NCBI RefSeq assembly: GCF_001194135.2
Contig: NC_069002.1
Span: forward strand, 5,950,240 to 5,986,285
Direction of reading: 5' to 3'
Length of the DNA: 36,046 bases
Source: Octopus bimaculoides
Taxonomy: Eukaryota
Below the pieces are notes generated by a model. That model was not told where the DNA came from. It ran no database searches and saw only the letters and a list, made by a program, of their open reading frames with translations. Numbering within the stretch: the stretch's first letter is position 1; every line of letters starts with the position of its first letter. This document shows, piece after piece, positions 24,591-36,046 of the stretch. A program made the position numbers and the translations under genes.

Positions 24591-24657
24591 ATAATTAATG
24601 AATTAATTCCTGAATAAATATGAAGAATTACTGGGCTGAATTCAAATGTAAACTTAC

Positions 24658-24764
24658 CCGTAATGGCAATTTTAGCTGACCATTTCGAAGTTCCATCAAG
24701 CACGCTCTGTTTCACAGCTTTCATATGACCTGAATGTGATTTCTTATCAACACCAAAAACTTGC
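24658..24764 (-). CDS. unc-13: unc-13 exon (107 nt, phase 2-1): [35 protein letters not shown], ending in the first C2B strand
   Basis: Acceptor ttttag|G and donor ACG G|gtaagt. Contains the Munc13 motif [19 protein letters not shown]. Confidence 0.97.
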
Positions 24765-27400
24765 CTAAAATTTGTAAAGAAATGCAGATTATATATATAC
24801 ATATATATATATGGGGGGGGGGGAGAAAAAGAGAAAGAGAGAGAGAGAAATAGAGCGAAAGAGAGCGAGAAAGACGGAGAAATGCATACAGAAAATTATA
24901 AAGATTTTTGTAAGAAAATTGAAACTTTATAGATTATTTCATTTTTTAGATAATTTTTTTTTATTAAATTTCCAAGAAAAAAAGGAAGATCTTCAGAGAG
25001 GATGGGCAAGAAAAAAAAAATCAGTATTGTTGGAAATATCAAGCCAGAATTAGAAAAACAGCTAAACAAAAGACTGGCAAATAAGAACTCCCTTGTCACT
25101 TTTAGGATAGATAATATTACTTGCAACAATGGTCTCAGAGTTTGAGATATTGGATGGTTTTAAATAAATTATTTTAAAGTTCAATATATATACATAAATA
25201 TAGAATGGTAATTTCTTGAGGCGAGAATACAGGAAACCCAAAATAACCAGTGCTTGATATTCTAATGTTAAAATATAGTCAGCCAAAAATAGATAGAAAT
25301 TGACAAGAGAAACGGAAATCTTTGGATCAGCTGTTCAATATTGATGTGGCTCCCAGCTGAAGAGGAATTAAGATTTTATTATAAGGTTACAACCAACAGT
25401 TGTCTTAGCTATTCTGTAGATATTATTTCTATGCCATTAACTATGCCAGCCTTCACCTGTTTCCAAGTGAGGTAATATTTTCCCATAATCAGACATCCTT
25501 TCAAAGAAAACTGGAATCTAAGGACTTCACTTGCATGAAGGTGACTATCCTTTACAACTATCGCATTATGTCAAATCAAAAAGAGAGTATCACACAAGCG
25601 TTTGCATGCATGCATAGACACACACATGCACACACATAAATAATGGGCTTCTTTCATTTTCCCTCTACCACAAGTCTTTGGTCAGCCTAGGGCGAAAGCA
25701 AAAAACACTCAGCTTTGGTGCCACATAGTGGAACTGAACCTAGAACCATTTGGTTGTGAAGGAAACTTCTTATTTCTTTACTGCCCACAAGGGGCTACAC
25801 ACAGAGGGGGACAAACAAGGACAGACAAACGGATTAAGTCAATTACATCAATGCCAGTGCGTAACTGGTACTTATTTAATTTAATCGACCCCCAAAAGGA
25901 TGAAAGGCAAAGTTGACCTCGGCGGAATTTGAACTCGGAACGTAAAGACAGACGAAATAGCCCTAAGCATTTCGCCCGGCGTGCTAACAACTCTGCCAGC
26001 TCACCGCCTTCTTACCACACATCCATACCAGCATACACACACACACACACACATGCACACACACACACACACACACGCACACACACACACACACATGAAA
26101 TGAAATCCAGAATAAATTATTGTATTGGTGATTTAGACTTGGCAAGAAAAGTCCATAGGAGGGCAACAGAGGAACTTCAGTCGTTTGATGTTGGAAATGG
26201 TTTCTGTTGTGACATAATATTTCCAATGCATACGCATTTCATAAAATACAGATATCAATTTTTTTTCAAAGCTGACATCTATCAATTATTGGACGACAGA
26301 ATTGTGCTCCTGGGTATCACATCAGCCCACACAATACTTGCTGCTTTGACTGAGTGGTCGATAAGGCTAAGAGAAATGATATGATGTGTTTTAAGAGTCA
26401 GTTTGTGATAGAAACGAATGCAGGATGATAGATTCACCAGTTGGACTTGAGCAATACATTTATTGATTGGCAGTTGATGGTGTTACCAACAGCTTTACAG
26501 AATGCCTGCCATTCCAAATTCTCAAATTAGGAATACAAAATCATTTCTGGTGCTTTCTGATCAGAAAACAGGAATTGGAAGCCAGACACAAAGACACACA
26601 CACACACATACGACGGGCTTCTTTCAGTTTCCGTCTACCAAATCTACTCACAGGGTTTGATCAGCCTGAGGCTTTAGTAGATGACACTTGCCCAAGGTGT
26701 CACACAGTGGGACTGAACCCAGAACCATGTGGTTGGGACGAAAACGTCTAACCACAACAGCCACGCCTCACCCTGTTATATATATTTACTTATTAATTTT
26801 CTTTCTTTCAGATATCACTTACTTAGAGAAGAAGGGAAACGCCCATAGCCATTTCTCATAGCCTCTGAGAATGATGGGGGTGGGGAAGGAGGAAGGAAGT
26901 TACCCTCACACCAAAGCTCAGATCTAAATGCTAGTAAGAGATTGGACTTCGTTAAAGACCCTCTAAGGCCATTTGATGTCAGTAAATTGGGCAATGAATT
27001 ACATCTACCAGCCAGAACTATGAATGGTCCTTGTGACAGGTTTCCTACACAACTGAGGTCTGTTGAATTTCGTCTGCAAGGCTTTAGTGAACCAAAACCA
27101 AAGCCATGATAAAAGGCGTTTGGGATCCTTTCAGTTGCTGTTACAGATTCGGAAATATTAAAAGTAAAGTGAAAATTTTCAAATTTGGTATATTGGTGCC
27201 AATTTTTTATGCAGAATCTGAATTTGGGATTCCATTTATTCTACAAAAAAAAAAAAAAAAAAAACCTGGCATTTGTTCTAGGGAGGGGTCATGTGGTGAA
27301 GTCGAACCCAAAACCATGTTGTTGCAAAGCAAGGTTCTTAACGACGCATGCATCAGTTATTAAATCTATGGTAAACAAAGATGAAAAAAAAAAGTCTCAC

Positions 27401-27521
27401 CGGATAAGCTCAAATATTTCAGGTTTATTCTTTTCTCGTGCTTTCATTCGATCTTTCATTGCCATGATTATATTGTGGGTTTTATCTTCCGCTCCATGCT
27501 TGGAGCTTTTTTCAGCAGCCC
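27401..27521 (-). CDS. unc-13: unc-13 exon (121 nt, phase 1-2): (R)[39 protein letters not shown](R); not in the ORF track
   Basis: Acceptor tacag|GG, with only 5 intron bases visible before the gap at 27527, and donor CG|gtgaga. Hand translation matches the Munc13 post-C1 segment [13 protein letters not shown]; phases fit both neighbours. Confidence 0.95.
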
Positions 27522-27834
27522 CTGTANNNNNNNNNNNNNNNNNNNNNNNNNNNNNNNNNNNNNNNNNNNNNNNNNNNNNNNNNNNNNNNNNNNNNNNNNN
27601 NNNNNNNNNNNNNNNNNNNNNNNNNNNNNNNNNNNNNNNNNNNNNNNNNNNNNNNNNNNNNNNNNNNNNNNNNNNNNNNNNNNNNNNNNNNNNNNNNNNN
27701 NNNNNNNNNNNNNNNNNNNNNNNNNNNNNNNNNNNNNNNNNNNNNNNNNNNNNNNNNNNNNNNNNNNNNNNNNNNNNNNNNNNNNNNNNNNNNNNNNNNN
27801 NNNNNNNNNNNNNNNNNNNNNNNNNATATATATG

Positions 27835-27879
<45 letters not shown>

Positions 27880-27894
27880 GTTATCTTTTACTTA

Positions 27895-28262
27895 CTTCAG
27901 TCATTTGATTGCAGCCATGCAGGGGCACCTCCTTGAAGGATTCTTTGATGTTAGTTGAATAAATCGACCCTGGTACTTATGTTCTTTTAAAGCCTGATAC
28001 TTATGCTATCAGTCTCTTTTGCCAAACTGCTAAGTCATGGGGGACATAAAGAAACTAACACTAGTTGTCACATAGTGATGGGGAACAAACACACACACAC
28101 ACACAAATGCATATATAAGACAGGCTTCTTTCAGTTTCTGTTGACCAAATTCACTCACATGGCTTTGGTCAGCGTGGGATTGTAGTAGAAGGCTCTTGCC
28201 CAAGGTGCCATGCAGTGGAACTGAACCCGGCACCATGTGGTTGGGAAGCAAGCTTCTTACTT
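27895..28262 (-). mobile_element. SINE family B, minus copy. Others: 9631-9908, 25640-25785, 26606-26768, about 27060-27350. Plus copies: 29940-30115, 32325-32615
   Basis: The best copies show an A-box TGGCTGTGTGGTAAG, a B-box GGTTCA.TCCC and a CORE-like GGCACCTTGGGCAAG segment, repeated many times in the window. Confidence 0.8.
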
Positions 28263-28273
28263 ATGCCTACTGA

Positions 28274-28320
<47 letters not shown>

Positions 28321-28938
28321 GGCACATGCCATGAGTAATTACTCTGGGTAGGCATTTGGTGACGTTTATGTAAGTACCATATGTAAGTACCAGGGTCAGG
28401 TTGTTCTTCTATAGCCCCTCATACCATTCCCCAGCATGGCTGCAGTCTGATAAGTCAAACAAGTAAAAGGTAATATATATATATACAAACATACACACAC
28501 ATACATACAGAGGGAGAGAAAGAGAAAGAAATGAGGAGAAACAAATAAAAAAAGCTAAGAGAGAAAAAACAGAAATACAAAATAGTTACAAAGCAAATAA
28601 AGAACAAATAAAAACTGTACATAGTTTAGCCATTCAGTTTGGATAATTTGTAGAAAGACATTTTTTTTTTCTCCCTCAAAATGTTCAGCAAGTCAAATTA
28701 TACAGCCACTACAAGATTATCTTCAGAATCTTTTGGCCATGTTGCTGTATCATTTAAAGTGAAACCGACTGAGGCTGGCTCAAAGGTTGCCAATTATACG
28801 GTCGTTATAGTTTTCTAATGCTTTTAAAATGGCATTACACACACACAAACATATAGATACATAGATGTGTGTGTGTGCATGTGAATGTATAGGTGTGTGC
28901 ATGTATATATATGTAGATGTGTGTATGTGTATTTATGC

Positions 28939-28981
<43 letters not shown>

Positions 28982-29114
28982 TGTATGTGTGTTTATATAT
29001 AATGTATATATATGAATGTGTATATATATGTCTGTATTTATATGTGTATATAGATGTGTCTGTATTTATATATGTATATATGTGTGTGTATCTCTCTCTC
29101 TCTCTCTCTCTCCC

Positions 29115-29170
<56 letters not shown>

Positions 29171-30515
29171 CATACACACACACATGATATAGATATATTT
29201 CTTTTCTCATCAGATATCTAATGAGAACTTTTCTTCTACTTAACCTATATTAATAGTTGGAAGGAAATCTTCCCGTCGGATAACTTTAAAGTAATTTAAA
29301 GTAAAATACTTCACAGAAGAAATTCTTGTAAAAGAAATACAAATAAATTGGCAACAGTAGTTTTCTGTAAATTAGTAGCAAGAATGGTGTAAGCAGCTTG
29401 GAACAGAACATTTTGCAGATCAAAGGGAATAAGATCAGAGGGATAGAATAGAAATGGTTATTTTCTTGACAATATTACGTAGTTCAGCCACCTCTGCCAT
29501 TTCCATCTTCTTAAGTAATAATTAAGTAGTTTGGACCGATAGCAAATGATTTTACTTGAGATCTTAATACTTTGGAGCTCAGCTCATAGTCGGTAATCAC
29601 AGATTTTTAGCAATCAAGTAGTAATGGCAAAAGATTTCAAGAAGAGACTTATTCATCAGAAGAGCGACCAGTTTATCATTGAGAAGAGGCAAGACTGGTA
29701 AACTAATTTCTCAAAAATAAATAAATAAATAAATAAATAAATAAAAAAGTTATCATAGAGTGGGTCCAAGTTTCATGCCAATGTGTGACACCTTGGGGTG
29801 GAAGTTTCATGGCAGTGTGTGACACCTTGTTTGTGGCTTCTGTTTCAAGAATGCATTCTAAGTGGAATTTTGTCAACAGGAAATGTGTGGATGCCTACTG
29901 TATACACACATTCACAGACATACATATATATGAATGTGTGTAGGTGCAGGTATGGCTGTGTAGTAAGAAGTTTGCTTCCCAACCACCCGGTTCCAGGTTC
30001 AATCCCACTGCATGGCACCTTGGGCATATGTCTTCTACTGTAGTCTTTGGCTGACCAAAGCTTTATGAGTGGATTTGGTAGATGGAAACTGAAAGAAGCC
30101 CATCATGTATAACGCCAACTCTGTAAAGTGGTTGGTGTTAGGAAGAACATCCAAGCATAGAGACTATGCCAAATCAGACTGGAGTTTGATGCAGCTCTCC
30201 AGCTCTGGTCAAACCGTCCAACCCAAGGCAGCATGGACAATGGACGTTAAATGATGATGATGATGACGATTTGCGCATATCTCTATGTGTCTATGTTTGT
30301 CCCCCACCACCACTTGGTAACCGGTGTTGGTGTGTTGACATCCCTATAACCTAGCAGTTCAGCAAAAGAGATCAATAGAATAAGCACTATACTTTAAAAA
30401 AAAAAAAAAAAGTACTGGGGTCGATTCGCTTGATTAAAAATTCTTCAAGGCGGACCCCCAGCATAGCCACAGTCTAATGATGGAAAACAAGTGAGAGACA
30501 AACAGGAAAAGATAT

Positions 30516-30620
30516 CAACGAAATCTCAAAGCTCCGAGATAACGCATGATTAATTCAAAACAACGTGAATAAATAAGCGATAGATTTGACAGAGTAATAA
30601 TCTAAATGCTAAAGGGTTAA
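30516..30620. mobile_element. One-ended fragment of the TTAA MITE family
   Basis: ...ATGATTAATTCAAAACAACGTGAATAAATAAGC...AATGCTAAAGGGTTAA matches the right half of 33618-33845. Confidence 0.6.
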
Positions 30621-30959
30621 GCTTAACAGGCCGTGTCTTATTTACTGTCAGAAGCAGGAATATTTTCTCTCTCTCTCTCTCGCTTTTGCTCTACCCCTCA
30701 TCTTCCCCCATGTCACTATAAAAGTGTGTAGTTTCGATCAACTAAATATTGTTGAAGATAAAACGATTTCCGTTTGGGGAAGATTAAGTCTCAATTACGT
30801 GTGTAGCACTTAAAATTATCTACAGCTGTATTTTTTAAAGGCGATATTTTAAACAATATTCCAGTAAATGAAATCAATAATAATGATTAGTCAATGTATT
30901 TTTGAAAGTTATTCAGAGCTATATGCATCATATGCTTCGAGCACGTTCGCACGCACAGC

Positions 30960-31260
30960 AACATTCCCTAACACATGCAGCCATCGATATAGCAACATAC
31001 ACTCACGCACAGACACAGACACACACACACACATACCCTCACACAGACATGGTCACATACTCTCACATGGACACAATCATATACCATCACACAGACACAG
31101 ATACCCCTCCTCCCACACAGACAGTCACACACCCTCACACAGACACCTCCCCACCACACACAGACACAGTCATACACTCTCACACACACAGCTACACACA
31201 CTCACACATATACCTCCCCACAGACACAGACAAAGCCACACACGCTCACAAAGATATAGT
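30960..31260. repeat. Degenerate CA-rich repeat (ACACAGACACAG...ACCCTC units)
   Basis: Direct inspection; source of the H/T-rich ORFs 30868-31323 and 30902-31309. Confidence 0.8.
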
Positions 31261-31341
31261 GACAACCCTCACATGGACATATCTACCTATCTCTCACCAA
31301 ATTCAGTAGCATCTTTCCTTTAAATACTACTGAAAGTATGT

Positions 31342-31728
31342 GGAAGCACAATGGCCCACTGGTTAGGGCAGCAGACTTGCAGTCGGGGGATCACGGTTTC
31401 GATTCCCAGACCAGGTGCTATGAGTGTTTATTGAGTGAAAACACCTAAAGCTCCACGAGGCTCTGACAAGGGGCAATGGCAAACCCTGCTGTACTCTTTC
31501 ACCACAACTTTCTCTCACTCTTTCTTCCTGTTTCTGTTGTACCAGTAATTCAAAGGGGCCAGCCTTGTCATACACTGTGTCACGCTGAATATCCCCGAGA
31601 ACTATGTTAAGGGTACACGTGTCTGTGGAGTGCTCAGCCACTTGCACGTTAATTTCACGAGCAGGCTGTTCCGTTGATCAGATCAACTGGAACCCTCGTC
31701 GTCGTAATTGACGGAATGCCATGACAAC
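31342..31728 (+). mobile_element. tRNA-derived SINE family D, apparently full length (about 385 bp); its 3' part recurs on minus at about 4150-4290
   Basis: Head TGGCCCACTGGTTAGG...GGTTTCGATTCCC. The 3' part GTGCTCAGCCACTTGCACGTTAATTTCACGAGCAGGCTGTTC...GGAACCCTCGT matches the reverse complement of 4165-4255. Confidence 0.75.
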
Positions 31729-32494
31729 TGAATGTATAAAATTTCTTTAATAATTTTAATGAAAGCAAATTTTTTTTTTCTCGTTAATGATTATGAATAT
31801 ATATCTTTATTCTTCAGTAGGTTTATTAAATCTAACTAGCATAAATCATTTTTATCATCATTTGAGAAATTGATTCTTACTGATAGTGCTGAAATAATAT
31901 TTAAAAAAAAAAAAAAAAGAAGAAAGAATTATCATTTTACGTTTTAATCAGAGGAGAAAGAGTTACACTTAACAATCCTTTACAAGTACTTGGTAGGAGG
32001 AAGTTAGCCACAGTTCAAAGAACTGCTTGAAATATTTGCAAGAGAGTGGACTCTGCTAAAGACATCCTAGGTAGCAGGAGGTGATGTTAAACAGGGAGGG
32101 ACAAATTAAGCTTGACCACCAAAAGCAGAGGTAGGGAACCGTTTTATGTTGGAAGGTTGCATTGAAGTTAATGATCATCTGTCAAGATGTCACTGGACTT
32201 AACAGTCAAGTGATAAGACCACAGTAACATTAACTGCCATTTCAAAGGGCCTCATTGACATTAACTTCCATCTAACAAAATTACAGAGAAGTTAATTGCT
32301 ATCTGACAAAAATTATACTACCAGGTACAGGCATGGCCATATGGTAAGAAGTTTGCTTCTCAGTCACATGGTTCTGGGTTCAGTCCCACTGCATGGCACC
32401 TTGGGCAAGTATCTTCAACTATAGCCACAGGTTGACCAAAGCCTTGTGAGTGGACTTAGTTAGCAGAAACTGAAAGAAGCCACTGTATATATGT

Positions 32495-32533
<39 letters not shown>

Positions 32534-32827
32534 TATGTTTGTCCCCATTCCACCACTTGACAACCAATGTTGGTTTGTTCACATCCCCATGACTTAGCAG
32601 TTCAGCACAAGGGACTAATGTTATCCAAGGGAAAGGCAAAGGGGCCAATACAGCTTAACACCAATAACATCACAACTCATCACTACAGCAGAGTGAATTG
32701 AAGCAACATGAAATAAAGTGTCTTGCTCAAGAACACAACACACAGCCTGGTCCGGGAATCAAACTCACAACTTCACAATCATAAGCTCAACTCTCTAACC
32801 GCTGAGCCATGCACTGTCACATATATA

Positions 32828-32897
<70 letters not shown>

Positions 32898-33272
32898 CGT
32901 GTGTGCGTGTTTGTCCTTCTTCTGGCTGCTTGATAACCAGTGTTGGTTTCCTTACATCCCTGTAACTTAATAGCTCAATAAAAGACAACAGCATAAATAC
33001 CAGACTTATAATTTGTTTGACTAAACCCTTGAAGGTGGTGCCTCAGCATGGCTACTGTCCAATGATTAAAACAACAACAGATAAAAAAACAGCGTGAACA
33101 CAATACTCCTATAATGTGGAGGATAGCTTTATATTCAACCACGTACAGATTTCTTCATTGCATCATGTTTTTTTTTTCAAAGAAATCTTTAGAAGTTAAC
33201 AAATCGATTCATGCATAAAAATACATATTTAAAAAAAGAACGAAAAACATCTTTTATATTTTTGATACTCAC

Positions 33273-33492
33273 TTTGTAGGCAATCTGCATTAAGCAGATC
33301 TTTGCATTTTTCATGGCATTTAACTCCACATTCTGTGCAACGGACACCCTGCCGTGCTAAACCCCACAACAACCCCTCACATTCAAAACAATATGTAGGG
33401 GATGTTGCAGTCCAGACAACAAAGTTATGGGGGGTTGTGCTGGATATGGGATAGATTAAGGCTTGCAGAGTTTTCTTGTAAACATGCATTTT
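33273..33492 (-). CDS. unc-13: unc-13 exon (220 nt, phase 0-1): C1 DAG/phorbol-ester-binding zinc finger, [24 protein letters not shown]...[15 protein letters not shown]
   Basis: Acceptor tttag|AAA and donor CAA A|gtgagt. Full C1 ligand set H-x12-C-x2-C-x13-C-x2-C-x4-H-x2-C-x7-C; the Munc13-typical LLWG tryptophan is present. Confidence 0.98.
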
Positions 33493-33617
33493 CTAAATGA
33501 TAAGAAAGAAAGAAAGAAAGAAAAAATTAAATAATTAAAAAGAATTTTTCTTGGATTTGAATTATATTTCATGAATAAACAATGAAATAACTTCTAAAAT
33601 ATATTCTAGAGATGAAT

Positions 33618-33845
33618 TTAATCATTTAACATTTAAATTGGCAATATCTGACCCAAATATTCTACCTGTTTTATATTTAAACTGGTCAGATCCAACCTCT
33701 TACTCTTACCCTACAATGTCATTCTACATGAAAATAATCATATCTTTGAAATCTTGAATCTATAAAATAATGCATGATTAATTAAAAACAATGTGAATAA
33801 ATAAGCATTACATTCCAGAGAATAATCTGAATGCTAAAGGGTTAA
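33618..33845. mobile_element. piggyBac-type MITE (TTAA-CCCTTTAGCATT termini), about 228 bp
   Basis: Right end AATGCTAAAGGG-TTAA is intact; left end TTAA-TCATTTAACATTT is a decayed inverted copy. Internal homology to other copies in the window. Confidence 0.7.
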
Positions 33846-34057
33846 AAAAAAGGAAGTTTGGATCATGGAAACAGGGTCAGTCTAAGGTGGGTTGGTATTA
33901 AAAAGGTTAAACAGAAAAATGCAATTGTCAACCAATCACAACTTTTGATATTTCTTACTTGATATATATTATCTAAAATAACAGAATTAGAGTACATTAG
34001 ATGGTATAAGTAGGAAAGCATCAGACTAAATACATCATGCTATCATATTTGGAAAGC

Positions 34058-34265
34058 TTTACACTTCTATGCTCAACTGAATATATCTGACCCAAATATT
34101 CTACCTGTTTAATGTTCAAACTGGCTAGATCCAGCTTCATACACCTACCCTACAATGCCATGCTAAAAATAAAAGGTAACACCATTGAATTCTCAAAGCT
34201 ATGACATAATACATTATTAATTCAAAATGATATAAATAAATAAATATTACATTTGACAGAGTAAT
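34058..34265. mobile_element. Second, decayed copy of the same TTAA MITE family
   Basis: Shares ATATCTGACCCAAATATTCTACCTGTTT...CCCTACAATG...ATTACATT with 33645-33820; termini eroded. Confidence 0.65.
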
Positions 34266-34341
34266 GTGTACGTTATGAAACAAATGTTTAAAATAAATGG
34301 ATGAAAGAATGAATAAAAGACTGACTGTCAGAGAAACTTAC

Positions 34342-34419
34342 CAATTCTTCATCATTTAATGACTGGCGAGCAACCATGGCTGATGGAACTCCTGCATTGC
34401 GTTTTGACGCAACCATTGT
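34342..34419 (-). CDS. unc-13: unc-13 exon (78 nt, phase 0-0): TMVASKRNAGVPSAMVARQSLNDEEL, linker before C1
   Basis: Acceptor tttcag|ACA and donor TTG|gtaagt. LNDEEL joins in frame to KMHVYKK, the Munc13 motif preceding C1. Confidence 0.92.
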
Positions 34420-36046
34420 CTGAAATAATATTTCAAAGAATTTAATAACAATTTTAAAATACCATGTCAAAGCAAGATCGTGAATAAAATGAAATAGTTT
34501 CAAAGAATTAATGAGTTTTGGGTTTTTTTTTTTTATGAATCTAGCAATAATAATTTAAATTCATGTCTTTAGCATGGATGTTTAAAAACACAGCTGCATT
34601 TAAATTTTTTTTTTTTTTGGTGAGGAATAGTACCTCTTGAAGCACATGAAGCAATGAAACAATAACATGTAAATATTTCATTGAAAAACCCTTTTGAGTA
34701 GCAAATGTTGAAGGTTGCTGGGCAGCCAACATTTACATTCTATCATTTACAGCTTTATGGGCTCCGAGACCCACTGTTCCAAATGTAATTATTTCACATT
34801 CTCTTGAAAGTTTATAAATTCTTATGATGTCAACAACAGCTGTATTTATTTTATTTTATTTTGTGATGAGTTTTATGAAGGGTAGTGTTATCTGGAACAT
34901 GTCTCCAAGGGGTCAATCACTAGCTCACTGCACACAGCTTTTACAATAGCAAGAATGACTAGGGAGCTTGTCTGTACAACACGGACAGATCAAATATGTG
35001 TATTACGGGTATATTAGTGTGGAAACGAAATTTGCTTAGGGGGTGCAAACCCAGGTCCAAAAATATTTTACAAGCATAGTTGGTTTTTAAAATCTTTATA
35101 TCAAAACACACACACACACACACAAAGATTACATCTGACATGAAGGACTTTGCTTTTGCTATCCAAGAAGTGGAAATGATTCAACAGATAGGAAAATTAA
35201 TTATATACATGTATGTGTGTGTGTGTGTATAAATATATATATATATATCTATATATGTGAAATAACTAATTAACAAGTAATACATTTTTTTTTAAATTAA
35301 TTTTAAGAAATAGACTTAAATTCAAATTATATATATATATAAAAAAACACTCCCAAAATAATTATGTTATAAAAGCAATTAATTCAAAGAGTTTTAATTA
35401 TAACACTGCCTTGTCTCTTGAACATATTTTCTGCTGATTCAACAAAAGCAGGTTGATCTAGCTTACTTTTTCAGTGTGCTGACTCCAAATAAGAGGTCAC
35501 CATTTGCTTATCATGTCAAATTGTTTTACAAAAAAAAAAAAAAAATATCATAATTACATTTCTGAGAGATTTTATATACTAACACAGATAACAGTTCAAT
35601 AATAACAAGGTGAGTATTGATCAGCTAGAAAATGCAATAAAACAAATGTAATTCCTCCATGGAGTTAATTTAGATAAAACGATCCAGCATGTTTGTATTA
35701 CTTGATCTTTAGGAATATTGATTTTCATGTCAGAAATTTCCTTAAGATGAACCAAGTGGACTAATTGCAATGGAAGCAAGTTATTTACATTGTGCAGTAA
35801 AACGTATTTTAAACTTTCCTTTGAACTAGCGATAAATACCCACAACTACTCAGTTGAAAGATTCACATCCCATTGCTTAAAAAACAAAAAAAAATCCTTT
35901 TGATGTTATAAGGGTAAATATAGGAAAAAGAAGAACCTACAAGCGAACAGACAGAATTTCTTTCAGCTTTAATAAACAGCAAAAAGTATGTTTTGACTAT
36001 TATTGGTAAATAAAAGTTTTCCTCAAAGTACCAATATTATATATAT

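Larger units (their letters stand above)
1779..34419 (-). other. unc-13: unc-13/Munc13 gene, internal portion: 7 coding exons, 838 nt CDS; introns 849, 5751, 2636, 19856, 608 and 2103 nt. The gene extends beyond both ends of this span.
   Basis: All seven exons have AG acceptors and GT donors, with phases 0-0, 0-1, 1-2, 2-1, 1-2, 2-2, 2-1. They splice into one open frame matching the Munc13 C1-C2B region in the expected order. Confidence 0.97.

Noticed and set aside
26095-26384. ORF segment CIGDLDLARKV resembling a kinase IGD(F/L)GLAR motif
   Set aside because: The catalytic DFG/DLG glycine is absent, there are no other kinase motifs, and the ORF start is SINE plus microsatellite.
26785-26870. 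Strong plus-strand acceptor (ttttctttctttcag|ATATC), a possible antisense exon
   Set aside because: All three frames stop within about 16 codons and no partner exon was found.
29400-29460. Minus-strand YPSDLIPFD, loosely like the mariner YSPDLAPSD motif
   Set aside because: An in-frame stop lies immediately upstream, and no DD34D context or TIRs were seen. A TBLASTX against transposases would settle it.
148-33000. Dozens of listed ORFs rich in YI, CV, HT, poly-I, poly-M, poly-D or poly-L, or spanning X runs
   Set aside because: They are translations of microsatellites, SINEs or N gaps, with no domain motifs or splice support.
27347-33215. Rbfox UGCAUG hexamers about 50-60 nt downstream of two donors (27347-27352, 33210-33215)
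   Set aside because: One lies in a SINE remnant, and ATGCAT-type words are common in this low-complexity DNA, so two hits are not enough.
34921-34971. Possible 51-nt phase 0-0 exon TSSLVILAIVKAVCSEL (minus), ending in SEL like the PLVS(E/D)L that precedes this region in homologues
   Set aside because: The donor (GTGATT) and pyrimidine tract are weak, and the rest does not resemble the expected basic ...RKK.IPLVS segment. A 34921-to-34419 junction read would revive it.
35941-35952. Plus-strand AAG CGA ACA GAC (KRTD), matching the start of the expected next unc-13 exon
   Set aside because: Wrong strand and wrong position, only four codons; chance match.
1-36046. tRNA genes, rRNA, CRISPR arrays or prokaryote-type systems
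   Set aside because: The A/B-box motifs all belong to multi-copy SINE heads without a full cloverleaf, and there is no regular repeat-spacer array. The DNA is eukaryotic intron/exon sequence.

Overview
This is AT-rich, microsatellite- and SINE-dense animal genomic DNA with six N gaps. The repeat landscape looks like an octopus (coleoid cephalopod) short-read scaffold; that is inferred from remembered repeat style, not from a search. The whole window lies inside one gene on the minus strand, unc-13/Munc13, the synaptic vesicle priming factor. I reconstructed seven consecutive GT-AG coding exons with compatible phases: 34419-34342, 33492-33273, 27521-27401, 24764-24658, 4801-4660, 4051-4010 and 1906-1779. 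They total 838 nt and encode the pre-C1 linker, C1 zinc finger, helical linker and Ca2+-binding C2B domain. Three of these exons are missing from the supplied ORF track. Every other listed ORF is a microsatellite, SINE or N-gap artefact. The introns hold several tRNA-derived SINE families, a hAT-type MITE with a target-site duplication, piggyBac-type (TTAA) MITEs and many simple repeats. I cannot support a new multi-gene system. The best leads are non-coding: a gap-free 64-bp-stem fold-back (10879-11025) near a GC-box/E-box/G-tract island in the 19.9-kb intron, a (TA)n-centred palindrome that is fully paired only on the pre-mRNA strand (24196-24309), inverted SINE pairs bracketing exons (possible ADAR or circRNA substrates), and a minisatellite with five TCATGTGA motifs. 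Exon boundaries were counted by hand; repeat boundaries are approximate.
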